Under the pieces are notes generated by a model that did not search any database, was not told the DNA's origin, and saw only the letters and a program-made list of their open reading frames with translations. The translations under genes were made by a program, and so were the position numbers. Shown one piece after another: positions 27,720 through 39,610 of a stretch of 64,000 bases of DNA. Every line of letters starts with the position of its first letter. Position 1 is the stretch's first letter. The stretch covers positions 53,756,001 through 53,820,000 of the forward strand of contig NW_024704743.1 in the NCBI RefSeq assembly GCF_018977255.1, written 5' to 3'. The DNA is from Callorhinchus milii (lineage: Eukaryota).

Positions 27720-29086
27720 ACCTAGTGTATGCTCTGTGAATTTCCACGTTACCAATGTAACATACAAACAGAAATCTGCTTTTAATCACACCCATTCTGA
27801 AAAAGATTTTTTACTCCCCTCACCAACTTAAATTATTACACTACAGACAACCTGAGAAATGATCTATTGTATTAATCTAATTGTTGGATCTCAGGCTTGG
27901 AAATGCTGCCAGTTATTTTTTACAATAATAATACAATTAACAAAAAAAGTGTCTTCACTCAGTACTCTCACATATTCAGTTACCAAATGTTCCCACGGCA
28001 AGTGCATTGCAAGGATGGCTGAGTGGTGTTAGCTCAGTAGCCGGAGTGTTTTAGTAACTCTCGAAAACCAAAATTGGGTCCAACGCCAAGACAAAGATCT
28101 TTTGGATAAGACTTTAAACTTTTCCTAGGTCTAGCTGTTCAGGTGAATGTTAAAGATCCCAATGCACTATTCAAAAAGAGAAGGGAGTTTCTCCTGTTGT
28201 CCTGTTTGATAATCCCTCAAATTAACTTGGTCATTCATTCACTTCATGGCTTTGTAGGGTATTGCTGTGTGCAAATTGGTTGCTGCATTTGCCCATTAAA
28301 CACAGTGACACCACTTAACTGTACACTCTGTGAAACACTTTTGGCATGTCCTCCTGATGTGAATGATGCTTCAACAACTTGACTTCTACAGATTGCATTT
28401 ACATGGCGCCCTTCACGTGGGCCAGTGTCCTGGATTGCTAGAGTTCTATACTGAAAGTAAGGATAGCATTATTAAGGGTGGCTGACGTGGAAAAATGAAC
28501 ATGTCATAATGGGCAGTAGCGATGCTATTTCAAGACCAAGGGATATTGTTGGGCATTGTGGAGAGAAATGTACTCCGATTGAGATGCACCTGATGTGGGT
28601 GTGCTGAATGCTGAGTGCCTGAAATGAATGTTCCATTTTCTGAATCGACATCTCCTACCTTGATCAGTGCAACATAATCATTCTTACTCCTTCCCCCTTC
28701 CTCCTCTCCCAACCTCCCCGAACAAAGAAAATCACACAGAATAACACCATTCCTTAATCTGGAATGATATAATCTCTAACTGTTTTGACTTTCCTGCAGA
28801 ATTTCTCACCTTCATTAGCTACATAAGCAGCTCTTGTTATACATGCACGAATGCAGTTAAGTTTTCCCAGAATATTAAAAGTTTGCAAAAGAAATGTTCT
28901 TATCAATATCACATTTCGCTGTGAAATGTCAGCTATAATACATGAAGTGATATTTTGTTCTTCCTTGTTAATATGGCTTTTGTTTTGCATATGTGTCAAA
29001 AGAATTTTGCAAGGCAGGTTTTTTCCCTACAGTTTGCTGACAATGTTGGAAAAATTCTCTTGACTACTCCAGGGTTTCTGAACACT

Positions 29087-29156
29087 TTAGACATGTTTTA
29101 TTGAGTCTTTCATTTTAATACTGTCAGCAAAAAAAGGACCAGTTAAAACAATTGGC
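29087..29156 (+). repeat. 69/70-bp dispersed direct repeat, copy 2
   Basis: ttagacatgttttattgagtc...gttaaaacaattggc. Confidence 0.95.
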
Positions 29157-31543
29157 TATCAACATTTATAGCCTTCTGAAAATAATTAAAAGTTACTTCA
29201 GTGGATTTTCAAATTCACTGGCTACTTAATAAACTCAGCAACATTTAATCTGGCCACAGACTCCCTTCTGTAACCCTAATGCCACATCACATGTATCAAA
29301 AAGCAAGGACAACATGCACAGGTGCTGAAAGAGGCATGAAGGGGGAGTTTACCTTGTCAGTGGTAATGGCTATTGGAAGAGAAATCAGGCATAAAATTGG
29401 CCTGACTCATACTCACAGGGAAAGCTACACAAAATTCATAACTGTCCAGTGCTACCCAAGGCTTGAGGGTTCCAACATCTAAAGCAGCACTGAAAAGCTT
29501 TATGAACAGTCAAATGATACAAATGGGGAGAGAGGGTGGGGGTTGAGGGGGAATGCAAGTCATGTAACCACATTGCCTGTTTAAAGCTTAGCTATGTCAG
29601 GAAAACTGCAGTACTGGGGAGGAGTACTGCTGAAGGAGAAATTGTGAGGTGAATTTTGAAAGGACCTGATAAATACTGACTTGCTGGATTTGTGAGGCAA
29701 TTGATCGGGAAGTTCAAGGCTCCAGATGGGATGCTGCTGCTGGCTTGATTGCTGACAAGGGTTTAGCGAATCATGTGTTGTTGTTCCTTTGGGCTTTAAG
29801 AGTTTTAATAGGAGCCTTCATCTTACTGTAAATTACACTGAACTTTATTCACTCAAAAAGGGCTACACTGGACTGACTACAGATGACAGTGTGCACATCT
29901 CTGTGTGCAAAGTCATCACCTGGAGAGCAGTTATTTCTTGCACTCTGTCAGATAAGGCAAGTGTCATGGGAATGTGCAGTGAATTAACCATTACAAACAG
30001 CCAAACCATTGCCAGTCCTGATTTACCATTTCAAAGCAGAATCACTCTCAAAAGTGGAGACTTCCAACATAAAACTGATACAGAATGCTTCTTTCAAGCA
30101 CTCTACTGTATGACTCCAAGACAATCAACTAAATGTCTGCATCATGAAAGATTCCACCCTCCACCACTTAGTTCCTCTAAGCAGAAAATAAAGTTCATGT
30201 CCAGAAAATACTTACCAGTGACAGAGTGAGCTAGATGCGCCAATATACCTTCCACTGTTATGACTCTAAATTGTATTTTTTCCCTCTTGTATGTCTTTTG
30301 TGTACCCAAAAAATTCCATATTTGCAAACAAATCATTGAGCAGCGATGCTCAATATGAACCTGTGAGATTTGTGTAATTTCAAATTAAGAAAACTCCCAG
30401 GAAGCCTAAAATCTGTTAGACATTGCAGAAATTACCGCTTTTCTCAAAGTGAGTAGTTTTACAAACACAAGCAATTACATGTGTGGATTCATTCAGAGTC
30501 AGACTTGATTCACTGACTAACTACAGTGGTCTAATTAGACTGGATGTTGCAGCTTATAAAATGCTACAGGGTGGGTGACACATAATTTTGGATATTTCCA
30601 TTGCATTTACTGCTCAATAAATTTTAACTGAATCTCAGCAATCCTGCACGGTCTAGTTCAGCTTGAAAGATGAAAGACACTGATCAGATTTCCCTGTGCC
30701 CAGGCATATCTTTAAGGCGAGGACATCAGATCTTCCATGATTACCTAATGCCAAAACAATTCCGAACATTCCAAGCACAGAATGTTTTTTCACAGACGTA
30801 AATCTGTTTCTGAAGAAGAGATGATCATCATTTTGAAGTTTCTTCCCTTGGGAAGAAAATCTCCTGATGTCTTACACCTATTCTCAATGAATACACACGA
30901 GGCTGGTACAATATAGAATAATAATAATAATAATAATAATCTCGTAAAGGTTTTAAAATCTTGAATCTGAGACTCATATTTCCTTATGGTCTTAGCTTCG
31001 AGCCTTGAAATTTAAGAGCACATGCAGAAATTTGAATCTTGGAAAGAATTAAAAATTATGCACAACCTTACACAAGACAGTGGTTTTAAGACTAGGGCCA
31101 CAAGGAATTTCAGGGCTCTCATAGCCATCCATGGATGATCAGCAAGACAGTGTTTTACTACAGATGTGCAAAAGCTCAAATATTATTTTTAGATTAATGT
31201 TTAATTCTCTTTATTGGCTTTATAATCCATCGCCCCCGCCTTGTTACTGTGGGGATAGCAAAATTCAGCCAGTCTGCTCGTCTCCCTTGTACTTTGATGG
31301 CAAAGCTGCTCTGAGAAGAGGGTGCAACATGTTTTAATCGCCTGACACGGATGCCGACCTGCTGACGGCAGCGTTGAGACACCAAATCATATTACAGTCT
31401 GCCTCAAGTTACAGCTAGTCCTAGCCATTATACTCATAGTGTACAGTAGTTATATACCAGACAGTCTATTTAATCGGTGGATGCTGCAGACAAGGGACTT
31501 ATGCTTCTATTCATATTTGGACTTTTTTTTGTTAGCTTTTCAT

Positions 31544-32530
31544 AATATCTGTATGCTCCCTCTTGGTGACATCATCCGCAGACATTGGGTCAACTTCCAC
31601 ATGTATGCGGATGACACACAACTATACCTCTCTGCCTCCACCCTTGACTCCAGGACCACTGCTGTCCTGACTGAATGTCTGTCAGACATCAAGTCCTGGA
31701 TGAGAGCTAACTTTCTTCAGTCAACAAAACCGAGGCTCTCCTGATTGGCTCCCATCAGCGCCTCCTCACCTCAGGCACTGATAGTATCACCATCCATGGT
31801 TGCACACTCCACCTTACTAAGCCAGTCCAGAATCTTGGGGTCTTGTTTGATCCTCAACTATCCTTTCTACTCCACATCAGTACCATGACTCACTCTGCCT
31901 TCCCCCAGCTCCCCAACAACGCCCAGCCCCTCCACTGTCTCACACTGCAGGCCGCCGAAACCCTCATACACGCTTTCATTTCATTGAGGCTTGACTATGC
32001 AAACTCCTTGCTTGTCAGCTTCCCCAACTCCTCCCTCCATAGGCTGCAGCCCATGTCCTCTCCAGGCTCCGTGACCCTAACACCCTTATCCTCGCCCGAC
32101 TCCACTGGCTTCGCTTCACACAGAAAGTACAGTTCAAGCCCTCCATGGTCTTGCTTCCCCCCTACATTTGCAACCTTCTAGCACCCTACCATCCTGCTCG
32201 CTCCCTCTACTCAGTGGGCTCCGGCCTGCTTCACATTCCCGGCTTCGCTCGCCCCACTATTGGCAGGCGGACCTTCTGCCACTCTACCCTCATCCTCTGG
32301 ACCTCCATTCCACAGTCCCTCCGCATTGCCCCTTCCCTTTCCTCCTTCAAGATCCATCTCAAGACCCTCCTCTTTGACCGTGCTTTTGATTTCCCTGCCT
32401 CCTCCCTGCCCTCCACCCTCCCTGATACCAACCCCCAGCTCGGGTCCAAAACTCTGTCTGTCCAGTGCCTTGGGACGTTCTCCCAACGTGAAAGGTGCTA
32501 TATAAATGTAATTTTGTTGTTGTTCTTGTT
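31544..32530 (+). mobile_element. L2 LINE, subfamily B-like, 5'-truncated and decayed
   Basis: FHMYADDTQLYLS, AAETLIHAFISLRLDY and (TTG)n tail. Confidence 0.92.
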
Positions 32531-33099
32531 TTCAACAAGAAACAAAAGTTCACCAAAGTAGGCCAAGCTTTAGTCTTTTTATTTTATCATGAAACTAATA
32601 ATAATGACTTTTGGTGTTCATAACAAGTCCATTCATACAGGTCTATTATCTCAGTATTGAATAGATTGGCATCATTCTTGCACTGAGTGTAAACCGAGAG
32701 AAGCACGCAATCCAATACTTCATATTCAGGCTGATTTCACATGAGCATCTTTAATATACCATTAAATAGAAAAAAATGTCTTCCTTTATGGCCACAAATA
32801 ATTGACAACCTATGTAAAACAAATATAAATTGGATATTGTTATAGTCAATATAATAATTAAACTTCTTGTATTTGATATAACGCCTTTCACATCAGGAGG
32901 GCATCTCAAAGCATTCCACAGGATTTACTTTAAAGTGTAGTGACTATGTATTTTGTAGGCAAATGCAGCAGCCAATTTGACTGGCCTCAGTGACCGGAGT
33001 TATCAACAATGTGATATTTATCAGTGGTGACAATTAATATATCACATTATTACTCCAGTGTGTTTTCAAGGTGCAGGTATGTTGCTCTTAAATTCCAAT

Positions 33100-33400
33100 A
33101 GCCTCTGAGTCAGAAGGTTGTGGGTTCAAGACCCAAGTTGAGACTTGAAACCCGTAAGTCTATGCTGACTATCCAAAGTAGATTTGGGGGTGTGCCACAT
33201 GGTCGGAGGTACTGTCCTTTGAATAAAACGTTAAATTGAGATCCTGTCTGCTGTCCAGGTTGGTATTAAAGATCCCGTGGCATTATTTGAAAAGAGAAGG
33301 GAATTTCTCCTGGTCTCCTAGCTAATAATCCCCTAAATAAAATGGGTCACTTGTTCCATGGCTGTTTATGGGACACTGATGTGCACAAATTTGCTGCTGC
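33100..33400 (+). mobile_element. Deu-domain SINE fragment
   Basis: ctgagtcagaaggttgtgggttcaagaccc head and Deu core. Confidence 0.75.
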
Positions 33401-36400
33401 ATCATAATATGTCACACTATCACAAGATTGGTCTGGATGAAGAAAGCCCTTCAGCCCATCCAATCTCATCCCTCCAGAACATCTACCCTCTACCATCGCC
33501 TCATCACTGCATCAAGCTGCTTTTTAAATGAGTCTAGTGTCCTGGTTGAATTAAAACCCTGGTGAATATGATTGAATGGATTTAACATTATTTCTTAAAT
33601 TACAGTTAAATTCCAGTCAAGAGACCTCTGATTCAACAACTAAAATTGCGTGGCATCATAAAATACTAGGGACAAGGGGTTATATTTACAAAGATAGGCT
33701 TGAAAGAATTGGAACAGAGAAGGTTAAGAGGTGATATAACAATAACAACTTGCATTTATTTACGGCCCTGTAAGTGGGGCAACATCTCGGAGCACTTCCT
33801 GACAGAGATGTTCAAAATTTTTATAGGATTTGAAAGGATCAATACTAAAAGATTATTCCCACTGGTTCATGAATTGGTAACAAGGAGTAGATCACACAGT
33901 CACTGCACTTTACAGTATATCCTGTAAAGTGCTTTGAGATATGGCAACAACGTAATAAGGTGCTATATCAAATGCTAGAATTATTATAAGTTTACATTTT
34001 ATAGTTATTGACACACTGTAGCTAATGTCATCACCAAAGCTAGATTGCATTCAAACTCAAAGAATTATGGTATCTTCACCGTGAATTGTTATAATGCTTC
34101 CTTCTCTAATTTCAAAGGGAACACAATATTCAGGGAACCAGCTAATGCATTGGCTGAATCTTCTATATGAGCCCACAAAAGTGCTCTATGCACATTAAAG
34201 TCATCTTTAGTGAATGGATGGTTGCCAACAGCCAATATGCTGAGAATGGGCAATGGGAAACTGATCTGATAGGATTCAGATGCAGCCAGTGAAATTAATC
34301 AATGTGTGCTTGACAGACTGAGATGTTATCTGCTGATTTGAGGAGTTGGGGGGAGGGGTGTCTGGTAATAAGTACAATGCTAAGGTCAGTAGACTCTACT
34401 GCAAGGTAACAGAAGCAGCAGGAAGACTTGGGTTTGTTAAGAATCTAATGCTGACACGTTCAATTTAAGGCAGCATCAGCATGAAGCCTGCAAACCTCAT
34501 CCATGCACAATCCCTTTGAAGCCAAATCACTGTGAATACAGAGTCAATTGAAGGACATCGCTTGGACATTCAGTGCTGGTTAGGATTGCTGCACTCTTTC
34601 TGACTGACTTTGCAAAACACCATCAATGATTTGTGTAGATACGGATTCACCTAGGGAGGGGACACAGAGAGGAAATAGTTCCACTTCCCAGGTGATGCAC
34701 GTATATTGGATTCTTCTCTAATCACATAAGAATCTCTTAATAGGTCCTGCTTCTCTGGTGCTAGTGAGCTAGATCACTAACATTAACTGGGCAGTGGTGT
34801 TTACCTGCATAAGGTATGTGAATTTTTGTACATTCTTGAATGCCCCATCTTGCCTATGATTCTTGTGTCAGCCAAGATTATGAGCTCAAATTCTGGTGTA
34901 GGGCCTGAAACCCACACCCTTCTGACCCAGAGGCAAGAGTGGCACAAATTGACATAAATTAAAGTTCAAGGGTTGCAAATGAACCCATCATTATGATGTA
35001 AGATTGTATGATTTACAGTTTATAGCATCACTTCATACAGTTGTCAAAGTACTCAAACACTGTAAAACCTGGGAATAATGTATGATTTCTGCAAGAAATC
35101 CCCTGTACTCCATTTTGGCTCAAGAACTCAGCTCCGAATAGATGTCTCGTGAGCTGGGATACTGAAGAGTGAATTCCCTGCAAAAAACACACTTTACAAT
35201 GAGGACCTCTTTTCCGCTGGTTACTCTGAGCACTTTGTCAGCCCCACTTGAGACTGATGCTGCAATGCAGATTCTCACGTGTTGCAAAGCCTTGAGAGAC
35301 AATACCCAAAATAGAATTTGTCCCTGCCTTTGTTCCTGTAGTTTTAAAAGACAAAATAGCCTTTTTTTATGCTGTAAATTTCTATGGTTAAAAAACGTAT
35401 TTCCTCCGGCATTCACATTGAAGAATAAATGATTGACATGTCGCAAGAAGGGTTATTGCTGGACAGTTTTCCATATACTCAAATGATTCATGGTTGGCAT
35501 AGGAGTGGCTTAACTCTTGCTGATCAGGTGAGCCAATCAAATGATCTGGTTCTCCCAGTTTAACTCTGTCTTATGGAAAGCTGTTCCTGTATACTTTGAG
35601 TATCACGTTAAATAATATGCAGAATCTGGGATATTGATACTTCAAAGTGGAAAAAGTAGGCCTGTCTTCAGCAGATTGGGGAGGTTGGAACAGCTGAAAA
35701 ATAAATAATAAATTAATGTTATAAATAATAAATACAAGGGGGAAATCATGTTGACAACTTGATTCAGAATCACATACCCACACAGTACACAGTGAAAAGT
35801 AAAACACAAAACTTTTTACTGAATGTGTCCTGAGCACCAGTTATATTATAAATGTTACTGAATGGAAGAACAATGTTAACATAGCACTCCTGGACTAGTA
35901 AACCATGAGTGATATATATGTATATATATTATATATGTGTCACTACCGAATGAGAGACAATTCCCGCAAGGATAAGCAGTGTATAGTAGAAAATTTTACA
36001 GAAAACCCAACTTATTAAATCCTAAGAAAAATCAATTGCATTAGTTAGCAGAAGAAATTTAGACTTGAACACTTCATTGCATGAGGGCAAAAGAGCCCAC
36101 CTCTCCAGCCAAAGCCCATTTTTGTGCAACATATTCACTGAGGTATTGTTAGTTTTCCTGTCTTTTCTCTCAAAGAAAGGAAGCAGTTCACTGGTTTTGT
36201 CAAACGTTCTTGTGTTCTTTAGACTTGTGAATATATTTGAATGGCTTTAAAAGTCGTAGCAAATCGTAATTCTAGAAGTGTCAGACGGCTGTCAGGGTGA
36301 CTGATCTTATTTTGAGGGCAGTCGTTATCGTGATCATACTTAAGGAATGTTTCAGGTCATTGATGTGCTGATCCCATACTCTCGAGATCTGTGCTTTTGA

Positions 36401-36777
36401 TATTGGATTATGCAAGAGGTTTACCAGGTGGCCACTGAGGCAAATTGAACTCTTCACTGCCGATCTGCTGGATTAACTATGCAATTTATGGACAGCCTGC
36501 CCATATCAACTCAGTTCTACTGATTTGCTCAGTCTGCAAAATATCCTTGAAAAACATTTTTGATTCAGAATCTGCAAAGTATTTGGGACTTTTATTGATG
36601 GCAAAAAATATCCTGGGATATAAAATAGTAATTATTGTCAACTCACAAGCTCACGGTGAAAAAAAAACTGTTAAGGTAAGTAGACTACTAGGAATAGCAA
36701 TGTGGTAAAAACAGGAGTCATCTGAGAAGTAGATAGACAGAAAGGAGCATCTTAATATTTTATACTGCCTATAAAGA

Positions 36778-37330
36778 TAACAGCAACTTGCATTTATATA
36801 GCGCCATTCATGCTGAACGGTGTCTCTGATTGCTTAACAGTGGTGGAGCCTGATGTTGAGCCGGGGGAGGTGGAAGGTGACCGTAGGCAGGGTCAAAGAG
36901 GAAGGTCTTCTAGTGTGACCTGAAAATGGGGGCAAGGCGACGGGATTGAGGGCGAGAGTTCCATAGATTTGGGGCAGAGTGGCTGAAAACTCGATGGTGG
37001 GGCAGAGGGTCCAGGGGACAAAGAGGATGCCGGAGCCAGTCGAGTGGAGGCAGCGGGTAGCGGTATAGGGAGAGAGCAGGTTGGAGAGATAGTAGGGTGC
37101 CAGGGCCTGAAGGGGATTAAATACAAGAGTGAGGATCTTGAAATCGATCTGTTCTGTTACAGGGAGCCAATGCAGTTTGATAAGGATTGGGGTAATGGAG
37201 GGACAGAGTTTAGTGCGAGTGAGAATGCGGGCAGCGGAGTTTTGAATTAGTTGAACTTTGTGAATAGTGGAGCAGGGGAGACCAGCGGGAGGAAGGCATT
37301 TGAATAGTCGAGGTGGGAGTTGACAAAGAA
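36778..37330 (-). mobile_element. Older L2 LINE 3' fragment
   Basis: Reverse strand reads HLDYSNA..., LHWLPV...IDFKIL; tail aacttgcatttatatagcgcc. Confidence 0.8.
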
Positions 37331-37861
37331 GGGAAGATACTCAACAACAACAAATTATATTTGTACAGCACCTTTCATGTCGGGAGGACGTCCCAAGTCG
37401 CTGCGACTCAGTCACTACACTTAACAGCAATTACTTTTGAAACACTTTTGCCATTATAAGATTATTTCAAATGCAAGAATTAGTATGATCATTGTTATTA
37501 TTATTACTAATATTATTGTCATTATATTTGATAACCATTTGCTCTAACATGTAGATTAACCACATTTACACCACATCTGTGGTATAAATTTCTATGATTC
37601 TATGACACTAATTAGGAATTGCTTGCAGATATTTGCAGATGTTTGTACCATCTTCATGTACCCGGCAGAGCCCAGACATTGGCATTTAGAGCAGTGTTGA
37701 GGGCAGCATCCATCTATGGCACATCAAGATAATTCCTCATTAATACTTTAAAAATATAACAATTTGCATAGGGGGTGAAGGCTCTGCTGTAGTAGCCTTC
37801 CTATAGTCACCTTGAATGACATTTGGAAGAGATGCTGGTGGGTTGCCAATACAAATGCAAT

Positions 37862-38195
37862 GTGGAGTTCTGTAGCTCAGTGGGTGGAGTCCTGTAGTTC
37901 AGTGGTGAGAGCACTCGCCTCGCAAGCGAGCGACCTGGGTTCAATTCCTGGTAAGTCAAAACCTTGGGCAAGTTTCCTTACTCCACACACCTGATAATAA
38001 TCCCTCAAGAAAAAAAATAATAAATTGGTCACTTCAATCCACGACTGTTTGTGGGACACTGCTGTGTACAATTGGCTGCCGCGTTTCGCCCACAAAATAT
38101 ACAGTTAATTCACTTTACAGTATGTTCTGTGAAGCGCTTTGAGACTCTAGAAGACATGAAAAGCACCACAACAAATGCAAGGATTATTATTATTA
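37862..38195 (+). mobile_element. tRNA-Ala-derived SINE with a duplicated 5' head
   Basis: A box, anticodon arm ctcgc-ctcgcaa-gcgag, B box gggttcaattcc, L2-like tail. Confidence 0.88.
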
Positions 38196-38581
38196 CTTCA
38201 GGAAGAGTCATCACTTTCAGGAGATAAAGAGGAGAGAAAGTTGGCAAAATGAAAAATCTCTTGTACCTGGATTGAAAACCAGCCTGACATAGATCCAATC
38301 ATGTCAGTCTCTGTTCTGAGTGTTGCACTTAAAAAGAAGAGGTGAGAGAAAGTGAAAAAATATTATTGGAATCCATCTTGCTTGTTTAGTAAGAAGCAAC
38401 CAGATGGATTCCAGGAATTGTTTACAGCCATGGATTTTGTTGAAAGTGTAAGCTTTTTATTTGGTTAATATCAACCAAGCTAACCAAGATATATAGCATA
38501 TCTCAAGAGCTTTTGGAAATAGGTCAGAACTAGTTACAATTCGGGCATTCTACATTCTTTGGGACTTGGGGTGTAATTTGC

Positions 38582-38747
38582 GGGTTGGGTTAACCATGTG
38601 CAAAAACATACAACTGTCCTTAATTTTGCAATTAACAGCCATGTAAAGGTTTACCGAATCACCTTTTAATCGGTTGTAAATTATGTAATTAAGGGCATTC
38701 CACAATTCTCTTTGTACACATGTTTTTACACCTGGTTAGCACAACCC
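38582..38747. mobile_element. Decayed foldback element (MITE-like)
   Basis: Imperfect inverted arms: gttaaccatgtgcaaaaacat / atgtttttacacctggttagc and ccttaatt / aattaagg. Confidence 0.55.
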
Positions 38748-38774
38748 CATGCACATGAGTTATTTCCAGTCATG

Positions 38775-39125
38775 TGTCAGCCCGGCTTAGCGGTTGTGGG
38801 TTCAAGAAGACATTCAATACAGTGCTATGGTATGTTGGCAGAGGTGCCATCCTATAGATGAAACATGAAACCAAGGCCCCGTCTGCCTGTTCAGTTGGAC
38901 GTTAAAAATCCCATGGCACAATTCAAAAAGAGAAGGGAGTTTCTCTCAGTGTCCTGGGCACAATCCCCCATACAAAATTGGTTATTTACTTCATGGCTGT
39001 TTGTGGGACATTGCTTCGCCCATGAAATATACAGTTAATTCACTTTACAGTATATTCTGTGAAGCGCTTTGAGACGTCTCGAAGACTTGACAAGTCGCCA
39101 TATCAAATGCAAGGATTATTATTAT
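38775..39125 (+). mobile_element. Deu-domain SINE
   Basis: Head, Deu core and tail caaatgcaaggattattatt. Confidence 0.8.
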
Positions 39126-39127
39126 CG

Positions 39128-39610
39128 CTGTGTGCACTTGGACTGCCAGTCAGTTCCTGAGACAGGCAGGTCTGCAGTATTCCAGGGCACAGCTGATGAC
39201 AGCACAGTCAGTCTGGCTCATCAGCAGGACTTGGAAAGGCAGACCAGTCACTGGGGGAAGGGAGTCATCCTACTCAGTTCCTGTTAACCCTGCGGGCCTA
39301 ACAAGTAGGGTGGTCCTAGCTGGACAAGCAGTGGGAAAGTAATGGCAAGTGATATGGTTTCGGTTGGTTAAACTCCAGCAGTACCCCAACCCACACTCTG
39401 GGGTCACCAAGCCTTGGCTCCTGCCAATCTGCAATACTTTCTGGAATTTGGTAAACAGTATGAGTCCCTCCAGGGAGAGAGTGCACATTCCATTCCAACA
39501 ATCTACCTCTGGGATTTCCTTGTGTAAGTGGGATACATGGAATTCTCAGTTTACATTGGATACTCGTAAGCATGGATGGGTTTCCGCATGTGTCAGGCTG
39601 ACAAAAATAA
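39128..39610 (+). mobile_element. Unclassified repeat copy
   Basis: Colinear with about 22120-22590; ends gggtttccgcatgtgtcaggctgacaaaaa. Confidence 0.8.

Noticed and set aside
29789..30229. 146-aa ORF
   Set aside because: Non-ATG start, no recognisable homology and no splice support; likely chance.
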